From an uncultured Gemmatimonadales bacterium (GTDB lineage Bacteria > Gemmatimonadota > Gemmatimonadetes > Gemmatimonadales > GWC2-71-9), in contig CAWJMT010000012.1 in assembly GCA_963844035.1 (NCBI GenBank), forward strand, positions 79,511-143,510: a stretch of 64,000 nucleotides of DNA. Reading direction: 5' to 3'. This document shows positions 50,608 through 58,923 of the stretch, piece after piece (position 1 is the stretch's first letter; every line of letters begins with the position of its first letter). Below the pieces are notes generated by a model, which saw nothing but the letters and a program-made list of their open reading frames with translations, ran no database searches and had not been told where the DNA came from. The position numbers were made by a program, and so were the translations under genes.

Positions 50608-51374
50608 CCGCAGTCGACCGCGTGCTCGGCACCGTGGAGGGAGGCATCCTCACGGTCACGCTCAACCGCCCGGAACAGCACAACGCGCTCGACGCCGCGA
50701 TGATCGAGGCCCTGATCGCAATACTCGATCGCGCCGATATCGATGCGGAGGTGCGGGTGGTCGCCGTGCGCGGCGCCGGGCGGGATTTCTGCTCCGGGCT
50801 GGACCTGCGCGAGCTGCTGGCCTCGGCCGACAGATCCGTCGTCGACAACCGGCACGCGGCGTTGCGGTTTGGGGAGGTCTTCCTCAAGATGCGCCGGCTC
50901 CCGAAGCCGATCGTCGCCGTGGTGCAGGGGCGGGCGTTGGCGGGCGGGTGCGGGCTGGCCACGGGATGCGACCTCGTGCTCGCGGCGCAGTCTGCCCAGT
51001 TCGCCTACCCTGAGGTGCACCGCGGGTTCGTGCCCGCCCTCGTTCTGACGCTGCTGCGGCGCACCGTGGGCGAGAAGGTGGCGTTTGACCTGGCCGCGAC
51101 CGGTCGCGTGCTCAGCGCGAGCGAGGCAGCCGCCCACGGTCTGGTGTCGCGGGTATATGACGACGCCGAATTCCCGGCGCGGGTGGACGAAGTGCTGCGC
51201 GCCCTGGCCGCGACCAGCACGACCGCCCTGGCGCTGACCAAGCAGCAGTTCTATCAGCTCGACGGGCTCTCACTGGACGCAGGGCTGGACCTCGGCGCGG
51301 ACGTCAACGCGATCAGCCGCACAACGCCGGACTTCCGCGCGGCGCTCGAGGAGTTTCTCGCGAGGCGTCCGTGA
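50604..51374 (+). CDS. Enoyl-CoA hydratase/isomerase (crotonase) family protein
   Basis: LNRPEQHNAL, FCSGLDL, ALAGGCGLA, YPEV. Confidence 0.9.
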   Translation: MTAVDRVLGTVEGGILTVTLNRPEQHNALDAAMIEALIAILDRADIDAEVRVVAVRGAGRDFCSGLDLRELLASADRSVVDNRHAALRFGEVFLKMRRLPKPIVAVVQGRALAGGCGLATGCDLVLAAQSAQFAYPEVHRGFVPALVLTLLRRTVGEKVAFDLAATGRVLSASEAAAHGLVSRVYDDAEFPARVDEVLRALAATSTTALALTKQQFYQLDGLSLDAGLDLGADVNAISRTTPDFRAALEEFLARRP

Positions 51375-51535
51375 CCAGAGTGTTCGTGTACAAGGCGTCG
51401 AGTAGTGGCGCCGGGCTGGTGGCGGGTCTGTTGGGGATGGCATTGGCACAACGCTGGCTGGTGTGGGTCGGCGTGGCCCTGCTCGCCGTGGCATTCACAC
51501 TCAGGTTCGTTGAACGGAAGGCGCCCAACCCGTGA
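51371..51535 (+). CDS. Small membrane protein (54 aa)
   Basis: Not in the ORF track. MTRVFVYKASSSGAGLVAGLLGMALAQRWLVWVGVALLAVAFTLRFVERKAPNP*; GTGA overlaps at both ends. Confidence 0.7.
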   Translation: MTRVFVYKASSSGAGLVAGLLGMALAQRWLVWVGVALLAVAFTLRFVERKAPNP

Positions 51536-52972
51536 CCGTGACCCTGCCGCTCCTGCATCCCCTGCGCCAACCGGGAGCGCTGCTGCTCCTCTCGTGCTAC
51601 GAGCTGGGGCACCAACCCCTCGGGATCGCCTGGCCGCGAGCGTTCCTCGAGCGTGCGGGCTACGCCCCGGACGTGCTCGATCTGGCGGTAGACGCGTTCG
51701 ACGAGGCCAAAGTGCGGCGCGCGCAGCTTCGTGGGTATCGCCGTGCCGATGCATACGGCGCTGCGGCTCGGCGTGCGGGCCGCGGAGCGCATCCGCCGGA
51801 TCAACCCGGAGTGTTTCATCTGTTTCTACGGCCTCTACGCCCTGCTGAACGCGGACTACCTATTGGCGCACGTCGCAGACGCGGTCCTCGGCGGTGAGCT
51901 CGAGGGTCCGCTGGTCGCCCTCGTCGACCGGCTCACCGTGGAGGCTCGGCCCGCGTCGCCGCCGGCGGCGGCCTTGGGTCGGCTGTCGTATCCCGTTCCC
52001 GACCGGCGCGGGCTTCCTGAGCTGCAACGCTACGTCCACCTCGATCGGGGCGACGGGACAGTCACCCCGGCGGGATACGTCGAAGCGAGCCGCGGGTGCC
52101 TGCATCTTTGCCTGCATTGTCCCATTCCGCCCGTATACGGCGGGCGGTTCTTCGCGGTGCCGCGCGAGGTGGTGCTCGAGGATATCCGGCGCGTGGTGGC
52201 GCAGGGCGCGGGACACATCACCTTCGGCGACCCGGACTTCCTGAACGGCCCCGGACACGCTCTCAAACTGACCCGCGCGTTGCACGAGGAGTTTCCGGCC
52301 GTCACCTACGACTTTACGGCGAAGATCGAGCACATTCTCAGAGATAGGGAGCTATTCCCCGAGTTCGGTGCAACGGGGTGCGCTTTCGTGGTCTCCGCGG
52401 TCGAATCGCTCAGCGACGTGGTGCTCGCCAACCTGGACAAGGGGCATACTGCCGCGGATGTGCCGCGCGCCCTCGCCATCGTCCGCGGCGCCGGCATCGC
52501 GTTGCGACCGTCGTTCGTCGCGTTCACGCCGTGGACGACGCTTGAGGACTACGACCGGCTGCTGGATTTTGTCGAGCAGCACGACTGGATCTCCGAGGTC
52601 GATCCGGTACAGTACGCGATCCGACTGCTCATCCCACCCGGATCGCTGCTGGTGCCGCATCCAGCCATGCGCCCGCACCTTGGGGCGCTCGATGCTGCCA
52701 CGTTCAGCTACCAGTGGAGCCATCCCGACCCCAGAATGGATCGCCTTCACGTCGCGGTGCGCGGCGTGGTGGAAGCTGCGGCTCGCGACGGTGAAGCCGC
52801 AGCGGTCACGTTCGCAAGCGTCCGGCGTGCGGTGCGTGCGGCGCTGGGTGTGACCGCGCCGCGGACCAGCGTAACCGGGCAGCCCGCGCCGATCTCCTCA
52901 CGATCCCCGCGGCTCACCGAATCATGGTTCTGCTGCGCCGAGCCGACCGAGACTCAATTGGACCGGGTGTAG
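51532..52972 (+). CDS. CUAEP/CCAEP-tail radical SAM protein, Cys form; frameshift near 51730
   Basis: N-terminal SCYELGHQP, CLHLCLHC (CxxxCxxC), C-terminal RLTESWFCCAEPT. Confidence 0.85.
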
Positions 52973-53010
52973 GTATATTGCGGGCGAGACCACCTTCACT
53001 CGAGGATGAG

Positions 53011-53445
53011 ATGGCGAGCTTGAACGTTTCGATGTACGACCCGCGCCTGGTGCAGCCCATGCGGGACGAGTTGACGCGAATCGGGTTTGAAGAGCTACGC
53101 ACCCCGGAACAGGTGGATGCCGTGCTGGGGACCACCAAGGACACCACGCTGGTCCTGGTGAACTCCGTGTGCGGCTGCGCGGCGCGCAATGCGCGCCCGG
53201 CGGCGGCGATGGCGATCCAGCAGGTGCAGCGTCCTGCGAAGCTGCTGACGGTGTTCGCCGGTCAGGACGCGGACGCGACCAACCGGGCCCGCAGCTACTT
53301 CACGGGGTACCCGCCGTCGTCGCCGCAGATGGGGTTGTTCAAGGACGGCAAGCTGGTGTTCATGCTCGAGCGGAAGAACATCGAAGGGCGGCCCGCGCAG
53401 GATATCGCGGCGGATCTGAAGACGGCGTTCGAGAAGTACTGCTAG
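53011..53445 (+). CDS. BrxA/BrxB (YphP) family bacilliredoxin
   Basis: PMRDELT, VNSVCGCAA..ARP, TVFAGQD.DAT, PPSSP, IEGR. Confidence 0.92.
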   Translation: MASLNVSMYDPRLVQPMRDELTRIGFEELRTPEQVDAVLGTTKDTTLVLVNSVCGCAARNARPAAAMAIQQVQRPAKLLTVFAGQDADATNRARSYFTGYPPSSPQMGLFKDGKLVFMLERKNIEGRPAQDIAADLKTAFEKYC

Positions 53446-53453
53446 AAACGCCA

Positions 53454-53511
53454 TCAGTCATCAGCCTTCAGCCGTCAGTAGAACCCCTGATGGCTGAAGG
53501 CTGATGGCTGA
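53454..53511. terminator. 25-bp-stem hairpin built from heptamer repeats between convergent genes, probable bidirectional terminator
   Basis: TCAGTCATCAGCCTTCAGCCGTCAG-tagaaccc-CTGATGGCTGAAGGCTGATGGCTGA. Confidence 0.75.
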
Positions 53512-53514
53512 ATG

Positions 53515-54273
53515 CTAGATTATTTTCCCCCGCCGTACGCGGAAGTCCACGATCTTGTTCATCCAGCTCAACAGCGAGTCCTGCTGCTCCATCGGCACGC
53601 CGGCGATCTGATGCCGGCGCCAGCCCTTCATGATGTCCGCATCCTGGGTCCAGACGCGCACGCGCTTGTGCGGCACCAGACGCTCCCAGCTCTGCGCCAC
53701 CTGCGGCCTGACGTACAGCACGCGCAGCGACACGCTGCGGGACAGGAACTCGAGCGGGCTCATGTCCACCTTGGCGAATCGTGCTTCGTTTGTCAGGCGA
53801 CCGGCTCCCGGGAAGTCGGGGAGCCCGTCGGTGAACATGACCACGTTGAGCGGCGCCAGCACCAGGTTCTGCCGCCTGATGTGGACCGAGAGGCGCTCGA
53901 AAAATCCGTTGTAATCGGTGATCGGGTCGGTCTCCGGGAACCAGGCTCGGAGCGATGCCGCGATCTGTTCCGGGGACTTTTCAGTCAGGTCCTGAATCGG
54001 ATGGAACGTCTTCGGCTGGCCGGGACGCTCGCCGCCCAGCGAGCCCACGAAGATGTCCGTCGCCTGCTTGAGCCCCTTCAACCCGTGCAGATGTGCGTAG
54101 ATGTACAGCGCCGCAAAGTCGACCGCCTCGTTGAAGTAGGGCGTTGAGCGGAACGAACCGGACACGTCGAGCCCCACGACGAGGGTCGACCGGGGGGGCG
54201 GGGCGTTCTCAGGCGGCTTGCAGGTGATCAACGCCCCGAGCAGGACCGCTGCTGCGAGTACTCTGGCGCGCAT
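53515..54273 (-). CDS. VWA-like (MIDAS) lipoprotein
   Basis: Signal ending ITC; LVVGLDVSGS (DxSxS) and VMFTDG. Confidence 0.75.
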   Translation of the reverse strand: MRARVLAAAVLLGALITCKPPENAPPPRSTLVVGLDVSGSFRSTPYFNEAVDFAALYIYAHLHGLKGLKQATDIFVGSLGGERPGQPKTFHPIQDLTEKSPEQIAASLRAWFPETDPITDYNGFFERLSVHIRRQNLVLAPLNVVMFTDGLPDFPGAGRLTNEARFAKVDMSPLEFLSRSVSLRVLYVRPQVAQSWERLVPHKRVRVWTQDADIMKGWRRHQIAGVPMEQQDSLLSWMNKIVDFRVRRGKII

Positions 54274-55493
54274 CAGCGGCCTCCCTCGGTGGCGGCCTTA
54301 CCGCTGAAGGGTGTGCTGGCGAGCACGTCGTCCAGCGACCGGAACGGCAGCGTGAAGTGCGGCCGGCCCGTGATCAGCACCACGCCGAAGTTGAACCCCG
54401 CCGCGAGCAGCTGCAGGATCGGCAGTGACATCAGCTCGAACACCTCGCGGCCTTCCTTCTTGAACCACTCACGCTCGGCCTTGAGGGCGCCAATCGGCCC
54501 CTTCCAGAAGTCGAGACCCCGTGCGTCGGCTTGCCCCACGGCGAACTCTTCGCCCAGCGCCGTCCGCCCCAGCAACCCGATGAGCGCGGGCGTGCCGAAC
54601 CGCCCGAACAGGAACCAGGTCATGCCGCGGACGCCCACCCAGGCGAACAGCGACAGGCCGATGGTGCCGAACACGCCGAGGGTGAACCCTTGCTGCGCCA
54701 GCCAGGGCGTAATCGCGTCCACCAGCTCCCGGTAGAGGAACAGCACCTCGAACAGCGCCACCGCGAATTCCACGAGCACCATCGAGATGATCTGCCCGAT
54801 CTGGCGGGTCTTGATCGCCTCATTGAGGACCTGGATGCAAGCGAAGCTGCCCGCGATCAAAACCCACAGGAAGACCCACAGGATCAGGACGAGGAAAATG
54901 GGGTTGACCTCGTACCCGGTCAGGTCGGTGAGCAGCTCCGCCATGGTCGGGCGCAAGGTGAACGTGAAGATGGTCGCTTCGATCGCCGACCACACGACGA
55001 GCAGGAAGAACGCCGGCCACGGCACCCCCGGACGCCGCGAGGTGGCATCGAGCATCGCCAGCGGCGAGGTGACCGCGCCCTTCAAGGTGCCCCACACGAG
55101 TTGGACACCGAGCTTGAGCATGCCCCACACCCAGCCCACGAGCACGACGAGAAACCGCACGAGGCCGGCCCAGTAGAACCACGCCATTCGGAGGCCGTCC
55201 CACCACGACATTAGGATGGCGGTAAGCAAGGCGCCGGCGCGGCCGAGACGGAACGGCAGGGTGTAGAGCGAGACCATCGTTCCCCACACGCCCGCCACCA
55301 GTACGCATGCCGGGGGAAGCAAGAGGACGCACTTGCCGACGATTCCCCAGACGCTTCCCTCGCTCAGGAGCTGTTGGAACAGGAGCGCCTGCCAGTCGAT
55401 GATCCACGACAGCCCTGCCCAGATCCAATCCACCACGGTGGACAGTACCTGACTCCACTGATCGGTCTGGAGGTTGGTTGCGGCGTCTTGCAT
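54273..55493 (-). CDS. Polytopic hypothetical membrane protein
   Basis: 406 aa with several hydrophobic segments; GGAGG RBS; TGATG coupling to the VWA gene. Confidence 0.8.
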   Translation of the reverse strand: MQDAATNLQTDQWSQVLSTVVDWIWAGLSWIIDWQALLFQQLLSEGSVWGIVGKCVLLLPPACVLVAGVWGTMVSLYTLPFRLGRAGALLTAILMSWWDGLRMAWFYWAGLVRFLVVLVGWVWGMLKLGVQLVWGTLKGAVTSPLAMLDATSRRPGVPWPAFFLLVVWSAIEATIFTFTLRPTMAELLTDLTGYEVNPIFLVLILWVFLWVLIAGSFACIQVLNEAIKTRQIGQIISMVLVEFAVALFEVLFLYRELVDAITPWLAQQGFTLGVFGTIGLSLFAWVGVRGMTWFLFGRFGTPALIGLLGRTALGEEFAVGQADARGLDFWKGPIGALKAEREWFKKEGREVFELMSLPILQLLAAGFNFGVVLITGRPHFTLPFRSLDDVLASTPFSGKAATEGGR

Positions 55494-55591
55494 GTACGTG
55501 CCCCTCCCTGAGGTGGGATTTCGGGTGGCGGCTGCAGGGGGCGAGTCGTGACGGCGGTTGGAAGACGCGACACCCCGACCGGCAGCGCCAC

Positions 55592-55620
55592 ATTGATATA
55601 GACGGTTCGGAGCCTGTCAA
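55592..55620 (-). promoter_or_regulatory. Sigma70-like promoter for the membrane protein/VWA operon
   Basis: Minus strand TTGACA-ggctccgaaccgtc-TATATCAAT. Confidence 0.6.
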
Positions 55621-55695
55621 GCACGGCACGTGATTCAGGTCACCAGTGAGCACGCATGCCTTGCGAATCAGCGCGTGCGCGCGTACTCATGACCC

Positions 55696-56079
55696 ATGGC
55701 AGACGACGCTCCCGACGCTCCCAAACGGCTGGTGGTGGTGGGTGATCGCGTGTTGATCACCCCCGAGCAGGGCGAAGAGCGCACGAACGTGGGGCTCTAT
55801 CTCCCCGCTACCGCGGTGGAAGGCCGCCAGGTGCAGGGGGGGCGGATCATGGCGACCGGGCCCGGAATTCCGATGTCCGAGCCGGCCAGCATGGATGAGG
55901 AGCCGTGGAAGATTCACTCGCCTGAGGTTCGCTATATGCCGATGCAGGCGGAGGTAGGTGACTACGCTCTGTTCTTTCGCAAAGCCGCGGTGGAGATCAC
56001 CTTCGAAAAGCAGATATATCTCGTCGTCCCGCAGGCGGCGATCCTCGTGCTCGTGCGCAACGGTACTAAGGTTGAGTAG
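55696..56079 (+). CDS. Orphan GroES (Cpn10)-family co-chaperonin
   Basis: VVGDRVLI, RTNVGLYLP, G.IMATGPG, VGDYALF, ILVL. Confidence 0.85.
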   Translation: MADDAPDAPKRLVVVGDRVLITPEQGEERTNVGLYLPATAVEGRQVQGGRIMATGPGIPMSEPASMDEEPWKIHSPEVRYMPMQAEVGDYALFFRKAAVEITFEKQIYLVVPQAAILVLVRNGTKVE

Positions 56080-56119
56080 CGGGTCTGGCGGTCCGGACCA
56101 GGGGAGGGCATGTTAGCGC

Positions 56120-56437
56120 ATGGCCGATCTAGGGTGGGCCCGCAGCCGCGGGGAGAAAGCGGAAAAGGAAGGTTTGCGCCGGGGCGCCTGGTATCGCGTG
56201 GTGGAGGACACCGGGAAACCGTGGATTGTCCTTGACGTGCATCACGTCGAGATCCGGGTACCGAAGGACGACCTGGAGGTGAAACGCGACTCGCCTAAAG
56301 GGTGGAGCGTGGTGCACACACACCATCTGGTGTGCCCGGGTTGCAACCAACGCCGGCACCTATCGGGACAACCGAAGGACGTCAAGTGCACTGAGTGCGG
56401 CAACAACTACTCGGTAGACTGGTCGGATAAGGCATAG
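56120..56437 (+). CDS. Small protein with a C-terminal Zn ribbon
   Basis: CPGC-x13-CTEC; GGAG RBS. Confidence 0.75.
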   Translation: MADLGWARSRGEKAEKEGLRRGAWYRVVEDTGKPWIVLDVHHVEIRVPKDDLEVKRDSPKGWSVVHTHHLVCPGCNQRRHLSGQPKDVKCTECGNNYSVDWSDKA

Positions 56438-56489
56438 CCCGGGCTGTTAAGCCCGGTAGCCGCGCAACCAAACGTACCACGCTGCGTGA

Positions 56490-56526
56490 AACGGGCCCCG
56501 ATGCTTCCTCGGGGCCCGTTCTCTTT
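56490..56526 (+). terminator. Intrinsic terminator
   Basis: AACGGGCCCCGA-tgcttcc-TCGGGGCCCGTT-ctcttt. Confidence 0.75.
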
Positions 56527-56531
56527 GCGGG

Positions 56532-57714
56532 ATGGGAATGTTTCCGGGCGGCCTCACCCGCGCCCGCGAGTTGCTCCGCACTCACTTCGGCCATCCCGTG
56601 TTGCGGGTGCACCAGATCCGAGTGCTCGGCGCGCTGTTCGCCGGGCGCAGCGTCCTCGCGGTGCTGCCGACCGGCGCTGGCAAGTCGCTCTGCTACCAGG
56701 TGCCCGCCCTGATGGCCGACGAGCTGACGCTCGTGATCTCGCCCCTCGTGGCGTTGATGCAGGATCAGGTAGCGGCGTTACAGCGCCGAGGGTTGCCAGC
56801 CGCGTACGTGAACAGCCTGCTCACCCCTGACGAGCGGCGTGCGGTGATTGCGGCAGCCTGTGCAGGAGAGGTGCGATTGCTCTACTGCGCGCCCGAACGA
56901 CTGGCGTCGCTTGCGCCGCGGCTCCGCGCGGCGGGTGTGCGGGTGGCGTTCCTGGCCGTGGATGAGGCGCACTGCATCGTCGAATGGGGGAATGAGTTCC
57001 GCCCCGTGTACCAGCAGCTCGGCAAGTACCGCTACCTGCTCGGCAACCCGGTCACTCTCGCTGTAACGGGCAGCGCCACACCCGATACGCGCGCCGAGAT
57101 CGTGCGGGTCCTGCGTGTGCCCGATGCGGATGTGATCACCACGTCATTCGATCGGCCCAACCTCGTATTTCTGGTGCAGCGCGTGCGCGACGACCGCGAG
57201 CGATTCGCAGAAGTACGCCGGCTCGTCCGGCACGCAGCGGGACACACCGTGCTCTACACGCCGACGCGGCGGCTCACCGAGCTGGTAGCGCGGGCCCTGC
57301 TGCGGGCCGGTATTGCCGCAGCGCCGTACCACGCAGGGCTCCTGCCCGGAGACCCGCCGCCAGCTGCTCGTCGATTTCCTCAACGACCGTGTGCCGGTGG
57401 TGGTCGCCACCAGCGCGTTCGGGATGGGGATCGACAAGCCCGACGTGCGGCGGGTCATCCACTGGGGCCCGCCGTCCACCCTCGAGGCCTATTACCAAGA
57501 GGCAGGGCGGGCAGGGCGCGATGGCGCGCGAGCTATGTGCACCATTCTGTGGCATTCCGCGGACTTCGCGTGGGGCGATCGTGACCCCGCCATGCGCCGC
57601 TACGTTGAGGCCCCATTTTGCCGCCGCCGCATGGTGCTCGAGTACTTCGGGGAAACGGGTGTGCGATGTGGCGGGTGCGACCGATGCGGAGTGGGGTATT
57701 CACTTGTGTGCTAG
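56532..57714 (+). CDS. Short RecQ-family DNA helicase, frameshift near 57345
   Basis: PTGAGKSLCYQ, VDEAHC..EWG..FRP, YHAG, VATSAFGMGIDKPDVR, YYQEAGRAGRDG, CRR..CGGCDRC; no winged-helix or HRDC domain. Confidence 0.9.
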
Positions 57715-57760
57715 TCGTCCTGTGAGCATGATTTCCCTCGTACCACATCACGGAGGGTTT

Positions 57761-58228
57761 ATGCCGCGGAGCATTACGGCCTTCCTCGCGTCACTCTTGC
57801 TGCTTCCCGCGTGCGGTGATCCAGATGCTCCGACGGTCACCAGCCTTTCGACAGACGCACCCCAGTACACACTCACCCCGACATCGTCTGTCTACCGGGG
57901 CAATGTCACCTTGTCCTTCACAAACGCAAACAGCTTCCCGGTAACCATCCCGGTTGCAGCGGGCTGTGGTCGGCTTCGCTGGAAAGGAAGCGGGCGACGG
58001 ACGGGGTGTGGGAATACGCCGCGTGGTTGGGACCTTTTACCAAGGGTCTCGAGGCGACTGTCGTCCCTGCGGGTGGGACGCGTAGCAAGGTCGTCGCATT
58101 GGCATTTCCTGAACTCGTCCTTTGCGGGCGAGTATCGCGTTGTGTTGGAGGTGTGGACGCCGCCTGATGAGTGGCCGCCGGAATACTTCACGTCGAACAC
58201 GTTCACGCTGTTGCCGAGTGCCCCGTAG
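57761..58228 (+). CDS. Hypothetical lipoprotein, tandem copy 1 (two compensating indels)
   Basis: Lipobox LPAC; homologous to 58253..58705, with the middle part in a shifted frame. Confidence 0.7.
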   Translation: MPRSITAFLASLLLLPACGDPDAPTVTSLSTDAPQYTLTPTSSVYRGNVTLSFTNANSFPVTIPVAAGCGRLRWKGSGRRTGCGNTPRGWDLLPRVSRRLSSLRVGRVARSSHWHFLNSSFAGEYRVVLEVWTPPDEWPPEYFTSNTFTLLPSAP

Positions 58229-58252
58229 GATCGGCGATCACGGGAGGGTTTC

Positions 58253-58705
58253 ATGCCGCGCTTCATGACAGCCTTCGTCGTAGCACTTCCGCTGCTTGTC
58301 GCGTGTAATCTCTTTTCTCCAAAGGACACCCACCTTTGGGCAGATGCTCCCCACTACACCCTTACCCCGACATCGTCTGGCTACGGGGGCCAAGCCACCT
58401 TGTCCTTCAGCAACGCGAACAGCTTCGCGGTAATTATCCCTGGCTGCGGGGCGTGGGGGGCTTGGCTGGAAAGGAGACGGGCCACCGACGGGGTGTGGGA
58501 GCACGCCGCGTGGTTGGGAAGCTATCTCAAGTGTGGTGGCGAGACGAACGTCGGCCCAGGTGCGACGGTCCACGAAGTCGTCCCATTGGCTCTCTCTGAC
58601 CCGTCCCTTGCCGGCGCATATCGCGTCACAATGGACGTGAGGATAAATGGGGGACTGGAACCGTTCACGTCCAACACGTTCACGCTGTTGACGAGAGCCC
58701 CGTAG
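58253..58705 (+). CDS. Hypothetical lipoprotein, tandem copy 2
   Basis: Lipobox LVAC; ends FTSNTFTLL like copy 1; GGAGG RBS. Confidence 0.75.
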   Translation: MPRFMTAFVVALPLLVACNLFSPKDTHLWADAPHYTLTPTSSGYGGQATLSFSNANSFAVIIPGCGAWGAWLERRRATDGVWEHAAWLGSYLKCGGETNVGPGATVHEVVPLALSDPSLAGAYRVTMDVRINGGLEPFTSNTFTLLTRAP

Positions 58706-58855
58706 GGCCGGCGCCCGGGGGTGCGTGATTGACGAGTAATGTTCTCGGGTAAGGGACTTACCTGAAGGGGCGAATTAAGCCAATATACCGGCTGGGAACG
58801 GCCCCCAATTGGTGCGGCCGGTCAGGGGCGCGCAATGAGCAACCCCAGCTAACTT

Positions 58856-58887
58856 AAGCGAGAGCCTGAGGTTCTCGCTTTGTTTTT
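58856..58887 (+). terminator. Terminator-like hairpin immediately upstream of sga
   Basis: AAGCGAGAGCC-tga-GGTTCTCGCTT-TGTTTTT. Confidence 0.65.
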
Positions 58888-58923
58888 CATTCCTTTCTTC
58901 TCGAGCTTCTGAGGACCAAGACA

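Noticed and set aside
52925..52972. Selenocysteine recoding in the radical SAM tail
   Set aside because: The codons are TGC TGC (CCAEP); there is no in-frame TGA.
58690..58775. Glycine riboswitch upstream of sga (TTCTCGGGTAAGGGAC resembles CTCTCAGGTAAAAGGAC)
   Set aside because: The GGAGA and CCGAAG core elements are missing in the required order, and the 5' part is the end of the lipoprotein gene.
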